Below, one piece after another: positions 27,208 through 35,514 of a DNA stretch of 53,889 bases. The stretch spans positions 1 through 53,889 of the forward strand of contig JASHSG010000135.1 in the NCBI GenBank assembly GCA_030040935.1, in the 5' to 3' direction. The notes beneath the pieces are model-generated. The model ran no database searches. It worked only from the letters and a program-made list of their open reading frames with translations, and had not been told where the DNA came from. A program made the position numbers and the translations under genes. Numbering within the stretch: the stretch's first letter is position 1; every line of letters begins with the position of its first letter. The DNA comes from Acidobacteriaceae bacterium. Its GTDB lineage: Bacteria; Acidobacteriota; Terriglobia; Terriglobales; Acidobacteriaceae.

Positions 27208-29655
27208 ATGCCAAACCAGCCAGCAATAGTTCCCAATGATGCTTCACCCCGGAACGGGGCGGGAACCCGGAGGATTCCGGTGCTTCCGGTGCGGGACACG
27301 GTGCTGTTTCCGCACGCTGTTCTTCCGTTGACGGTGGGCCGTGAAAGCTCGATTCAACTGATCGAGTCACTGGGCGAGGAGCGGGCGATTGCGGTGGCGG
27401 CACAACTGGATCCGCGCCTGGACACTCCCAAGCCGGCCGACCTGCACACAGTGGGAACACTGGCGACCGTACACAAGGTTGTGCGCATGCCCAACCAGAG
27501 CCGATTTGTGTTTACCGAGGGCGTGAGCCGCGTACGGCTGGTAGAGTTCGTGCAGTCAGAGCCGTACATGGTGGCGGAGGTGGAGATTCTGGAGGAAGTG
27601 GCGCCAGCCAGTTCGCCGGAGTTTGAGGCCCTGGTGCGCAATGTGGTTGGGCAGTTTCAGCAAATCGTGACCGAGTCGCCGACGCTTTCAGACGAATTGA
27701 GGACGATTGCCGCAAACATCGACGAGCCGGCGCGGCTGGTAGATTTTGTGGCCTCTTCCCTGCCCTTTCTGACCACCGACGACAAGCAGCATCTGCTGGA
27801 GACACCAGGGATCGCAGATCGGCTGGAGCAGCTGAACAAGCTGCTGGCAAAGGAGATCGAGGTGCAGCAACTGCGCACCAAGATCCAGACCGAGGTGCAG
27901 GACCAGGTGCAGCAGTCGCAGCGCGACTACTATCTGCGCGAACAGCTCAAGGCCATTCAGAAGGAGCTGGGCGAACAAGATGAAGGCCAGCGCGACATCG
28001 AGGAATTGAAACAGAAGATTGAAGCCGCGGGCATGCCTGATGACGTAAAGAAAGAAGCGTTAAAGGAGCTGGGTCGGCTGCAGCGCATGTCGCCGATGGC
28101 GGCCGACTACGGGCTCACGCGGAATTACATCGAGTGGCTGGCCGTGCTGCCATGGGCTAAGAGCTCGGGGTCGAAGATCGACATCAGCCTGGCGAAACAG
28201 ATTCTGGACGAGGACCATTACGAGCTCAGAAAGGTGAAGGACCGGATTCTGGATTATCTGAGCGTGCTGGAACTGAAGCCGGACATGAAGGGCCCTATTC
28301 TGTGCTTTGTGGGGCCGCCGGGAGTGGGCAAGACGAGCCTGGGGCGCTCGATTGCGCGGGCACTGGGGCGCAAGTTCCAGCGCATCTCGCTGGGCGGCAT
28401 GCACGATGAAGCGGAGCTTCGCGGCCACCGAAGAACCTACATCGGCGCGCTGCCGGGGCAGATCATCCAGAGCATTCGCAGGGCGGAAACCAACGACCCG
28501 GTGATCATGCTGGATGAAGTAGACAAGCTGGGACGCGACTTCCGCGGCGATCCGGCATCGGCGCTGCTGGAGGTGCTTGACCCGGCGCAAAACAATACGT
28601 TCCGCGATAACTACCTCGACGTGCCGTTCGATTTGTCGAAGGTGCTGTTCATTTGCACGGCGAACATGCTGGACACGGTGCCCCTGCCGCTGCAGGACCG
28701 CATGGAGATTATTCCGTTGCAGGGCTATAGCGAGGAGGAGAAGGTCCACATCGCCAGGCAGTACTTGATTCCGCGCCAGATCAAGGAGAACGGAATCACG
28801 GCGGAGCAGATCGAGTTCCCCGAGGACGCTGTGCGCTACATCATTCGGCATTACACGCGCGAGGCCGGCGTGCGCAAGCTGGAGCAGACCATCGGGACGG
28901 TTTGCAGAAAGCAGGCGCGGCGCGTGGTGGAAGGCCACGCGGAGAAGCTGGTGGTCACCAGAGAGACGCTGAAGGAGTTCCTCGGCGGCATCCAGGTGCG
29001 CGTGGAGACCGAGGTTGCGGAGCGGGTGAAGCGGCCGGGAGTAGCCGTGGGGCTGGCGTGGACGCCGGCCGGAGGCGACATCCTGTTCATCGAAGCCAAC
29101 AAGATGAAGGGCAAAGGCGGCTTTACGATGACGGGCCAGATTGGCGAGGTGATGCAGGAGTCGATGCAGGCTGCGCTGACCTGGGTGCGTTCGAACGCAG
29201 CGCGGCTGGGGCTGGCCGAGGACTTTACCAAGGAGATGGACCTGCACATTCACGTGCCGGCAGGCGCCATACCCAAGGATGGACCATCGGCTGGTGTGAC
29301 CATGGCGACGGTGCTGGCATCGTTGCTGACGGATACTCCCGTACGGCCCCTGACGGCCATGACAGGTGAGATCACGCTGAGCGGGAATGTGCTGCCGGTG
29401 GGTGGGATCAAGGAGAAGTTCCTGGCGGCGCGCCGGGCCGGAGTGGATAACATCATTCTGCCGGCAGAGAACCGCCAGAACGTTGAAGAAGATCTGACGC
29501 CGGAGATGATTGAGGGTGTGAAGGTGCATTACGCCAGCGAGATCGAGGACGTGCTGGAAGTGGCTCTGCCGCTGCTGGCGGCGCGGCCGCAGATGAGGCC
29601 TTCCGCAAGGAGAACCGCGGCGGGCGCCACGAGCGCCGCGGGCGCAGCGGCGTAA
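27208..29655 (+). CDS. lon: ATP-dependent protease La (Lon)
   Basis: LON N-domain, Walker [23 protein letters not shown] catalytic Ser, VGGIKEK. Confidence 0.98.
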   Translation: MPNQPAIVPNDASPRNGAGTRRIPVLPVRDTVLFPHAVLPLTVGRESSIQLIESLGEERAIAVAAQLDPRLDTPKPADLHTVGTLATVHKVVRMPNQSRFVFTEGVSRVRLVEFVQSEPYMVAEVEILEEVAPASSPEFEALVRNVVGQFQQIVTESPTLSDELRTIAANIDEPARLVDFVASSLPFLTTDDKQHLLETPGIADRLEQLNKLLAKEIEVQQLRTKIQTEVQDQVQQSQRDYYLREQLKAIQKELGEQDEGQRDIEELKQKIEAAGMPDDVKKEALKELGRLQRMSPMAADYGLTRNYIEWLAVLPWAKSSGSKIDISLAKQILDEDHYELRKVKDRILDYLSVLELKPDMKGPILCFVGPPGVGKTSLGRSIARALGRKFQRISLGGMHDEAELRGHRRTYIGALPGQIIQSIRRAETNDPVIMLDEVDKLGRDFRGDPASALLEVLDPAQNNTFRDNYLDVPFDLSKVLFICTANMLDTVPLPLQDRMEIIPLQGYSEEEKVHIARQYLIPRQIKENGITAEQIEFPEDAVRYIIRHYTREAGVRKLEQTIGTVCRKQARRVVEGHAEKLVVTRETLKEFLGGIQVRVETEVAERVKRPGVAVGLAWTPAGGDILFIEANKMKGKGGFTMTGQIGEVMQESMQAALTWVRSNAARLGLAEDFTKEMDLHIHVPAGAIPKDGPSAGVTMATVLASLLTDTPVRPLTAMTGEITLSGNVLPVGGIKEKFLAARRAGVDNIILPAENRQNVEEDLTPEMIEGVKVHYASEIEDVLEVALPLLAARPQMRPSARRTAAGATSAAGAAA

Positions 29656-29678
29656 GCGTTTCAGTTGATGTGCGAGCG

Positions 29679-29705
29679 GGCCGGCGAAAATGCCGGCCTT
29701 TTTTT
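29679..29705 (+). terminator. Rho-independent terminator after lon
   Basis: GGCCGGC-gaaaat-GCCGGCC followed by a T7 tract. Confidence 0.88.
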
Positions 29706-29893
29706 GAGGGGCGCTCCGGCTGCAATTCGCGAGGCTCACGCCTGGCGCCAACCGGCAGTGAATTCTGCCGAGGCGTCTTTGCCACGGGCTCGATTCCTCT
29801 TGCGCACCCTGAGCGCATGTTCGGCGCAGTGCACTCAATCCCTGAATTCAGGCAGCCGCGTCTAAGCAGTAGAGCGTTATTCTTTTTCTAACC

Positions 29894-30646
29894 ATGCATG
29901 TTCGTGTGACTGCCTTTGGAGTCTTGAAGGAGTGGCTGGGCGCCAACGCGGCCGATGTGGAGCTTCCGCAGGGTGCGACCGTGGGGGGGTTGCTGGACCA
30001 TCTGCGCGCTGGGCTGCCGGAACGCGCGCCCAAAGAGGCGCTGCGGGGCATCGCGGTGGGCGTGAATGCCGAATATGCCCAGGCCGCGCACATTCTTCGT
30101 GACGGCGATGAAGTGGGGCTTTTGCCGCCAGTTTCAGGCGGGGCTGCGCGCCCCTCGAGCGTTCTCGAGGAGAGTAGCAGCGAGCCTGCGGTGATTGTCG
30201 CGCTGGTCGGGGAGCGAATTGACCAGCAATCAATTGTTGCGGCGGCGAAGAGCAGCGAAGACGGCGCGGTAGTCGTATTCGACGGGATTGTGCGCAACCA
30301 TTCGCGCGGACGGCCGACGCTCCATCTGGACTACGAGGCCTATGAAGGGATGGCCTTGCGGCAGATGAGGGAATTGGGTATAAGAGCGCGCGAGCGATTC
30401 GGCGTGCGCCAGGTGACGATGGTTCACCGGCTGGGGCGGCTCGAGATTGGCGAGACGAGCGTGCTGATCGTAGTGGCATCGGCTCACCGCTCAGCAGCCT
30501 TTGAGGCGTGCCGCTGGCTGATCGACAGCGTGAAGCAGAGAGTGCCCATCTGGAAGAGAGAGACGTTTGCCAACGGGCAAGCCTGGGCGCCGGGAGAACC
30601 GTTTCCTGAAGATCTGGCGCTGGACGTTCGGGGAGGCGCCGGATGA
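29894..30646 (+). CDS. moaE: Molybdopterin synthase MoaD-MoaE fusion (MoaX-like)
   Basis: Ubiquitin-like MoaD ending LLPPVSGG, then MoaE motifs FDGIVRN, YEAY, HRLG, SAHR and PIWKRE, all in one ORF. Confidence 0.92.
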   Translation: MHVRVTAFGVLKEWLGANAADVELPQGATVGGLLDHLRAGLPERAPKEALRGIAVGVNAEYAQAAHILRDGDEVGLLPPVSGGAARPSSVLEESSSEPAVIVALVGERIDQQSIVAAAKSSEDGAVVVFDGIVRNHSRGRPTLHLDYEAYEGMALRQMRELGIRARERFGVRQVTMVHRLGRLEIGETSVLIVVASAHRSAAFEACRWLIDSVKQRVPIWKRETFANGQAWAPGEPFPEDLALDVRGGAG

Positions 30647-31581
30647 GAGCCAGGTGTGGCGGCGTTTGCGGTGTGTGGGCGATGGCCGCTTTCTTCGCAA
30701 TGGCTGCGCTGGGTGTATTGCCATTGGCGGCGCAGCAGACCACGTTTTACGTGAACGTGAAACTGGTAAGCATATTCGTCAATGTGACAGACAAAAATGG
30801 TGCCATCGTTGGCGAGCTGACCAAGGACGACTTTGCCGTGTTCGAGGACAACCGGCCACAGCAGATCTCGGTCTTCGAGCGGAAAACGGACGTGCCGCTG
30901 AATCTGACGCTGGCCATCGACACATCGGGGAGCGTGCGCAAGGATCTGGATCAAGAGGCAAACGCGGCGCGGCACTTTGCGCACGATATTCTTCGTCCGC
31001 AGGACCAGATGAGCGTGATGCAGTTTGCCACGGACGTCAGCGTGCTAACTCCGTTCACCAGGAACCTTTCGCAGATTGACCACGCCGTGAGTGAGCTGCG
31101 CGCGGACTGGGCGACTGCGCTCTATAACGCGATCTGCGAGGGCTCAGAGAGCCTGGGCCGGCAGGAAGGGCGTAAGGTGCTGGTGCTGGTTTCGGACGGC
31201 GACGATACGGCCAAGTCGTCAACCTATGCGGATGCGCTGGAGGCGGCTTTGCGGAACGAGGTGATGATCTATTCACTGATCGACGTTCCGATCGAAGCCA
31301 GCGCGGGTCGCGACACGGGCGGCGAACACGCGCTGATTACGCTGGCGGAGCAGACAGGCGGAAAACATTTCTATGTGGGCGAAGGCGGGCTGGACAAGGC
31401 ATTCGCCAAGGTGAGCGACGACCTGCGGACGCAATACCTGATTGGGTATTATCCGCAACACCAGGTTCCCGGCGCAGAGTTTCACCGTGTGGTGGTGACG
31501 ATTCCGCGGGCCGCGGCGGACGAGTTTAATGTGCGCAACAAGGCCGGCTATTACGCGGATACGCCAGCAAGAAACAACTGA
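30643..31581 (+). CDS. VWA domain protein, acidobacterial type, exported
   Basis: MIDAS DTSGS, TALYNAI, SDGDD, LAEQTGG and LRTQYLIGYYP; signal peptide. Start could be 30682. Confidence 0.9.
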   Translation: MRARCGGVCGVWAMAAFFAMAALGVLPLAAQQTTFYVNVKLVSIFVNVTDKNGAIVGELTKDDFAVFEDNRPQQISVFERKTDVPLNLTLAIDTSGSVRKDLDQEANAARHFAHDILRPQDQMSVMQFATDVSVLTPFTRNLSQIDHAVSELRADWATALYNAICEGSESLGRQEGRKVLVLVSDGDDTAKSSTYADALEAALRNEVMIYSLIDVPIEASAGRDTGGEHALITLAEQTGGKHFYVGEGGLDKAFAKVSDDLRTQYLIGYYPQHQVPGAEFHRVVVTIPRAAADEFNVRNKAGYYADTPARNN

Positions 31582-31674
31582 TGGCGGCGACAAGGATTCC
31601 ACAAAATCTTTTTAGCTGAGCGGCTTTGCGAAGGCCTTCACGCGGGCGAGCGCCTTTGCATCTAAAATGGCAAT

Positions 31675-31998
31675 ATGACTTCTCCGTTGTCGTCGCGCCG
31701 CCGCTCCAAGACGCCGCCGCCGGGCGAAACCGGCCAGGAAGGGCTCTACCTGCGGTCACTGAGCGACCGCCAGGTGATTGTGAACATCAAATTGAGGGAC
31801 GGCGAGACGGTGCGCGGTTGGATTGAGTACTTCGACGACTCCATGTTGCGGCTGACGCGCGAGGGCCAGCCCAATCTGTTTATCTATAAGAACCAGATCC
31901 GCACCATCAGCGAAGTGGGCCGGCGCAAGGCGCCGCGCTACGAGACCGGAGACGGGCATGGGCCGGACGGGCACGGAAACCACGAGGCAGGAATGTGA
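31675..31998 (+). CDS. hfq: Hfq-like Sm/LSm RNA chaperone (divergent)
   Basis: QEGLYL helix, Sm1 VNIKLRDGETVRGWIEYFD, Sm2 FIYKNQIRTI. Confidence 0.75.
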   Translation: MTSPLSSRRRSKTPPPGETGQEGLYLRSLSDRQVIVNIKLRDGETVRGWIEYFDDSMLRLTREGQPNLFIYKNQIRTISEVGRRKAPRYETGDGHGPDGHGNHEAGM

Positions 31999-32909
31999 CG
32001 GGCGCGGCCGAGCCGGTAATTGCGAAAAATCTCGTCTTTGTCCCCAAAGCTGCCGAGATTGCGCGCGAGGCGGGGGCGCTGCTGCGCGAGTACTACGCTG
32101 CGGGCGTGGAGACTGAATACAAAGGCGACGTGGACATTGTGACCGCGGCCGACCGCGCGGTGGAGAAGCTGATTCGTGCGCGTCTCGGGGAAGTGTTTCC
32201 AGAGCACGGTGTCTACGGCGAAGAAGGGACGCGCGAGCGGATGGAAGGCGAGTTCCGCTGGTACGTGGATCCGCTGGATGGGACGACGAATTTCGCGCAC
32301 GGATTTCCGCAGTTCTCAGTGTCGATGGGTCTGGAGCACCGGGCTGCGGGCGTGAAGGCCGGCGAAGATGGAACGCTGGTGGCAGCGGTCATCTACGATC
32401 CGCTGCGGGATGAGCTGTTCACGGCCGAACGCGGGCGGGGCGCGCAGCTAAATGGGAAGACGGCGAAGGTTTCGCGCACGCGCGAGCTGGCCGAGGCACT
32501 GCTTGGGACCGGCTTTCCCAGCCATAAGCGGCATGTGAGCCCGAACATCCACTTTTACCAGGAGTTCACGTTGCGCTCACACGGAGTGCGGCGGGCAGGC
32601 TCGGCGGCGCTCGATCTGGCCTACGTGGCGTGCGGACGGCTGGATGGGTTTTGGGAGTTCAATCTGAATCCCTGGGACACGGCCGCCGGAATTCTGCTGG
32701 TGGAGGAAGCTGGCGGACGAGTGACGGACTTTGAAGGCGGCAGGTTCCGCCTGAAGAGCGAGGAGATTCTGGCATCGAACGGATTGATTCACGAGGAGCT
32801 GATCGGGTTCTTCGACGACATGTTCGCGGGACGGAACCTGGCGCCAATTCCGACGCCGGAAGAGTTTGCAAGAAACAGGAAACGAGGGACCCAGGGAACG
32901 AGGGACTGA
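31995..32909 (+). CDS. suhB: Inositol monophosphatase family protein
   Basis: GEE, WYVDPLDGTTNF, RRAGSAALDL and WDTAAG motifs; GTGA overlap with the Hfq-like gene. Confidence 0.92.
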   Translation: MTGAAEPVIAKNLVFVPKAAEIAREAGALLREYYAAGVETEYKGDVDIVTAADRAVEKLIRARLGEVFPEHGVYGEEGTRERMEGEFRWYVDPLDGTTNFAHGFPQFSVSMGLEHRAAGVKAGEDGTLVAAVIYDPLRDELFTAERGRGAQLNGKTAKVSRTRELAEALLGTGFPSHKRHVSPNIHFYQEFTLRSHGVRRAGSAALDLAYVACGRLDGFWEFNLNPWDTAAGILLVEEAGGRVTDFEGGRFRLKSEEILASNGLIHEELIGFFDDMFAGRNLAPIPTPEEFARNRKRGTQGTRD

Positions 32910-33006
32910 GGGTGATGCCCTCACGACGTCGGCCTCAGATTTCGGACGGTGCAGGTATTTTTAGTTCCTGATTCCCTTGTTCCCTGGTTCCTGTTCTTCC
33001 CTTCCC
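32872..33006. repeat. Degenerate 8-mer tandem repeats, direct block (32872-32911) and inverted block (32961-33006)
   Basis: GAAACAGG AAACGAGG GACCCAGG GAACGAGG GACTGAGG, then TTCCTGATTCCCTTGTTCCCTGGTTCCTGTTC. Confidence 0.75.
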
Positions 33007-33130
33007 GCATGGCAAAACGCGGGCAAATAAGGTGGAAGTCAGGGCGCGGGGCCGTATGCTACTATCAGCGTCGTAACGATCAGAGCGGATCGCGAGCGCG
33101 AGGCCGCGGGAATCCCCGGAGAGAGCAGAG

Positions 33131-33391
33131 ATGGCATACGTGATTGCAGAACCTTGTATCGGCACAAAGGACACCGCCTGTGTGGACGCCTGTCCGGTCG
33201 ATTGCATCCACCCCAAGAAGGATGAAGCCGGTTATGCCGAGTCGGAGCAGTTGTTCATCGACCCCGTCGAATGTATCGACTGCGGCGCATGCGTGCCGGT
33301 GTGCCCGGTATCGGCCATCTTTGCGCAGGACGACCTGCCGGAGAAGTGGGCTCACTTTGCAGAGAAGAACGCCGCGCATTTTGGCCGGTAA
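33131..33391 (+). CDS. Dicluster ferredoxin (7Fe type)
   Basis: CIGTKDTACVDACPVDC and CIDCGACVPVCP. Confidence 0.95.
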   Translation: MAYVIAEPCIGTKDTACVDACPVDCIHPKKDEAGYAESEQLFIDPVECIDCGACVPVCPVSAIFAQDDLPEKWAHFAEKNAAHFGR

Positions 33392-33423
33392 ACGGCTGCT
33401 CCCGCACAACGAAGTTTCCTATT

Positions 33424-33462
33424 GACGCGCGTCCTGCTTCGGCGGAGGCGCGTTTGTGTTTT
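33424..33462 (+). terminator. Probable intrinsic terminator after the ferredoxin gene
   Basis: Imperfect GC stem ACGCGC...GCGCGT with a cTTCGg loop, followed by TTGTGTTTT. Confidence 0.55.
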
Positions 33463-33595
33463 ATGGGTGAATGCGTCCGAGCGAAGTCGTGACGAGGGCC
33501 CGCCATTCTTTCCGGGCTCAAAAGCCGAGAGTCTGCGATCGTGGAGCCCAGGAGCCTGAAGACCCCTGCTCCTTGCGGTGCGATGATGAAAATGC

Positions 33596-34387
33596 ATGGG
33601 CGTGCTCACTTCAGAGGCGGTGGTTTTGCGCACGTGGCCGGTCAATGAGGCCGATCTCGTGGTGAGCTTTTTTGCGCGCGACTACGGCCGTCTGAAGGGC
33701 ATAGCCAAGGCGGCGCTCAAGAGCCGCAAGCGATTCGGCGGGGCGCTGGAGCCGATGACGGTGGCGCAGGCGTGGTTTGCCGAGAGGCCGAGGCAGGAGT
33801 TGGTGCGGCTGGATCAACTGGAGATCGCGCGGTCGCCTTTGTCGGCGCCGGTGGACCAAACACGCATGGCAGTGCTGAGTTTTTATGCGGAATTGATCGA
33901 CGAGGCGCTGCCCGAGCGCGATCCGCAGGAGACGGTGTACAGGTTGCTGGGGAGCGTACTCGAAGAGACACATGCGATAGAGAAATCTCCCGCGCCTCAA
34001 AATCGAGACGCAGGGCACCCCGAACGCGGGCCTTGGATGGCGTTAACGTATTTTTCGCTCTGGATGACGCGGCTGATGGGATTGCTGCCTGACATCGGGC
34101 GCTGCATTGTTTGCGGAGATGCGCTGACAGCGGGTGAAGTGTGGTTCAATGCGCACGCGGACGGATTGTTTTGCGCTCTGCACGCGAATCGGAGCGGGAG
34201 CGGGCTAAGCGCCGACAGCTGGCAACTGGCGCGACGCATGTTGCGGACGCCAGCGGCAAGTTTCGCGGGCGAAGCCTGGCCGAGGAAGCGCGCGCACGAT
34301 CTAAGGCGGTTCACGCTTCAAACCCTCGAGCGGCATTTGGAGAAGAAGCTGAAAACCGCCGAGGCGATCGCGAGGCTCGGGGGATGA
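33596..34387 (+). CDS. recO: DNA repair protein RecO
   Basis: N-terminal OB fold (EAVVLR, EADLVV, G...AKAALKSRKRFGGALEP), Zn motif CIVC...CALH; upstream of glyQS. Confidence 0.95.
   Translation: MGVLTSEAVVLRTWPVNEADLVVSFFARDYGRLKGIAKAALKSRKRFGGALEPMTVAQAWFAERPRQELVRLDQLEIARSPLSAPVDQTRMAVLSFYAELIDEALPERDPQETVYRLLGSVLEETHAIEKSPAPQNRDAGHPERGPWMALTYFSLWMTRLMGLLPDIGRCIVCGDALTAGEVWFNAHADGLFCALHANRSGSGLSADSWQLARRMLRTPAASFAGEAWPRKRAHDLRRFTLQTLERHLEKKLKTAEAIARLGG
33989..34019 (+). repeat. REP-like element family B, in frame inside recO
   Basis: CCCGCGCCTCAAAATCGAGACGCAGGGCACC aligns with 15855-15887 and lies in the segment encoding SPAPQNRDAGHP. Confidence 0.7.
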
Positions 34388-34513
34388 AGCATTCCTTAGC
34401 TCGCAGCCGTTTTCTGGGTACGAAAGGCATAGGCGGAGGCTGACGCATAAGCCCTTGAATCTTAAGGGCGGCTGGTAGAATCTCTTTTTAGTCCCAATAA
34501 GAGAGAGCTGCCT

Positions 34514-35497
34514 GTGATCGTTGCCCACCCTGATCCGCGTGTGACGCCAACCTCGCTCACCTTTCAGGAATTGCTATTCCGCCTGCAAGCGTTCTGGGCG
34601 GAGCGCGGATGCGTGATCGAGCAGCCTTATGACGTGGAGGTGGGCGCGGGGACAATGTGCCCCGAGACGTTTCTGCGCGTGCTGGGGCCGAAGCCTTACA
34701 AGGTGGGATACGCACAACCTTCGCGGCGGCCTGCCGACGGGCGCTACGGCGAGAATCCCAACCGCCTCTACAAGCACACGCAGTTCCAGCTGGTTCTGAA
34801 GCCGCCGCCGGCCAATGTGCAGGAGCTTTACCTCGAATCGCTGGAGGCGATGGGGATCGACCTGAAACACCACGACCTGAAGTTTGAGGAGGACAACTGG
34901 GAGTGGCCGGCGGGCGGAGCATGGGGCGTGGGCTGGCAGGTGATGCTCGACGGACTTGAGATCACGCAGTTCACCTACTTCCAGCAGTGTGGCGGGCTCG
35001 ACCTCGATCCCATCTGCGCCGAGCTCACCTACGGCATGGAGCGCATCGCTGCGTTTCTGCAGGATGTCGACTCGATCTACGACATTGTGTGGGCGCGCGA
35101 TCCCGCAACCGGAGCGGAAGTCACCTACGGCGACGTGCGGCTGGCCGAGGAGTTGCAGTTCTCGGTGTACAACTTCGAGATGGCAGACGTGGCGCGGTTG
35201 TGGGAACACTTCAATTCTTACGAGGCCGAAGCGCACGCACTGCTCGAGAAGGCGGATGCCTTGCTGACCGGCGAAGAGGCGAGCATAAAGGACAAGAAGA
35301 GATTTCCGCTGCTGCCGACGTACGAGCTGGCGCTAAAGTGCTCGAACCTGTTCAATCTGCTGGACGCGCGCGGGGCGATCAGCGTCACTGAGCGCGTGGG
35401 CGTGATTGGAAGGATTCGCGCACTGGCGGTGGGCGTGGCCAAGGCGTGGGCAGAGCAGCAGGGAGCGGGCCAGCAAGTCAGCAAGTCGGCAAGTTAA
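34514..35497 (+). CDS. glyQ: Glycine--tRNA ligase alpha subunit
   Basis: [59 protein letters not shown]. Confidence 0.97.
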   Translation: MIVAHPDPRVTPTSLTFQELLFRLQAFWAERGCVIEQPYDVEVGAGTMCPETFLRVLGPKPYKVGYAQPSRRPADGRYGENPNRLYKHTQFQLVLKPPPANVQELYLESLEAMGIDLKHHDLKFEEDNWEWPAGGAWGVGWQVMLDGLEITQFTYFQQCGGLDLDPICAELTYGMERIAAFLQDVDSIYDIVWARDPATGAEVTYGDVRLAEELQFSVYNFEMADVARLWEHFNSYEAEAHALLEKADALLTGEEASIKDKKRFPLLPTYELALKCSNLFNLLDARGAISVTERVGVIGRIRALAVGVAKAWAEQQGAGQQVSKSAS

Positions 35498-35500
35498 CGA
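35469..35500 (+). repeat. 8-mer tandem repeat forming the 3' end of glyQ
   Basis: GCCAGCAA GTCAGCAA GTCGGCAA GTTAACGA; the stop TAA lies in unit 4. Confidence 0.7.
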
Positions 35501-35514
35501 GAAGAAGACCAGGC

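Noticed and set aside
28060-29838. 592-aa minus-strand ORF, and similar long antisense ORFs (43330-44673, 46492-48678, 39251-40837, 9029-10069, 20925-22187)
   Set aside because: They shadow well-supported genes on the opposite strand, which is expected in high-GC DNA, and show no family motifs.
29706-29893. Moco riboswitch or ModE box upstream of the moaD-moaE fusion
   Set aside because: No Moco-RNA consensus is visible. CGTTATTCT...TAACC is too short for a ModE box and is better read as a -10 hexamer.
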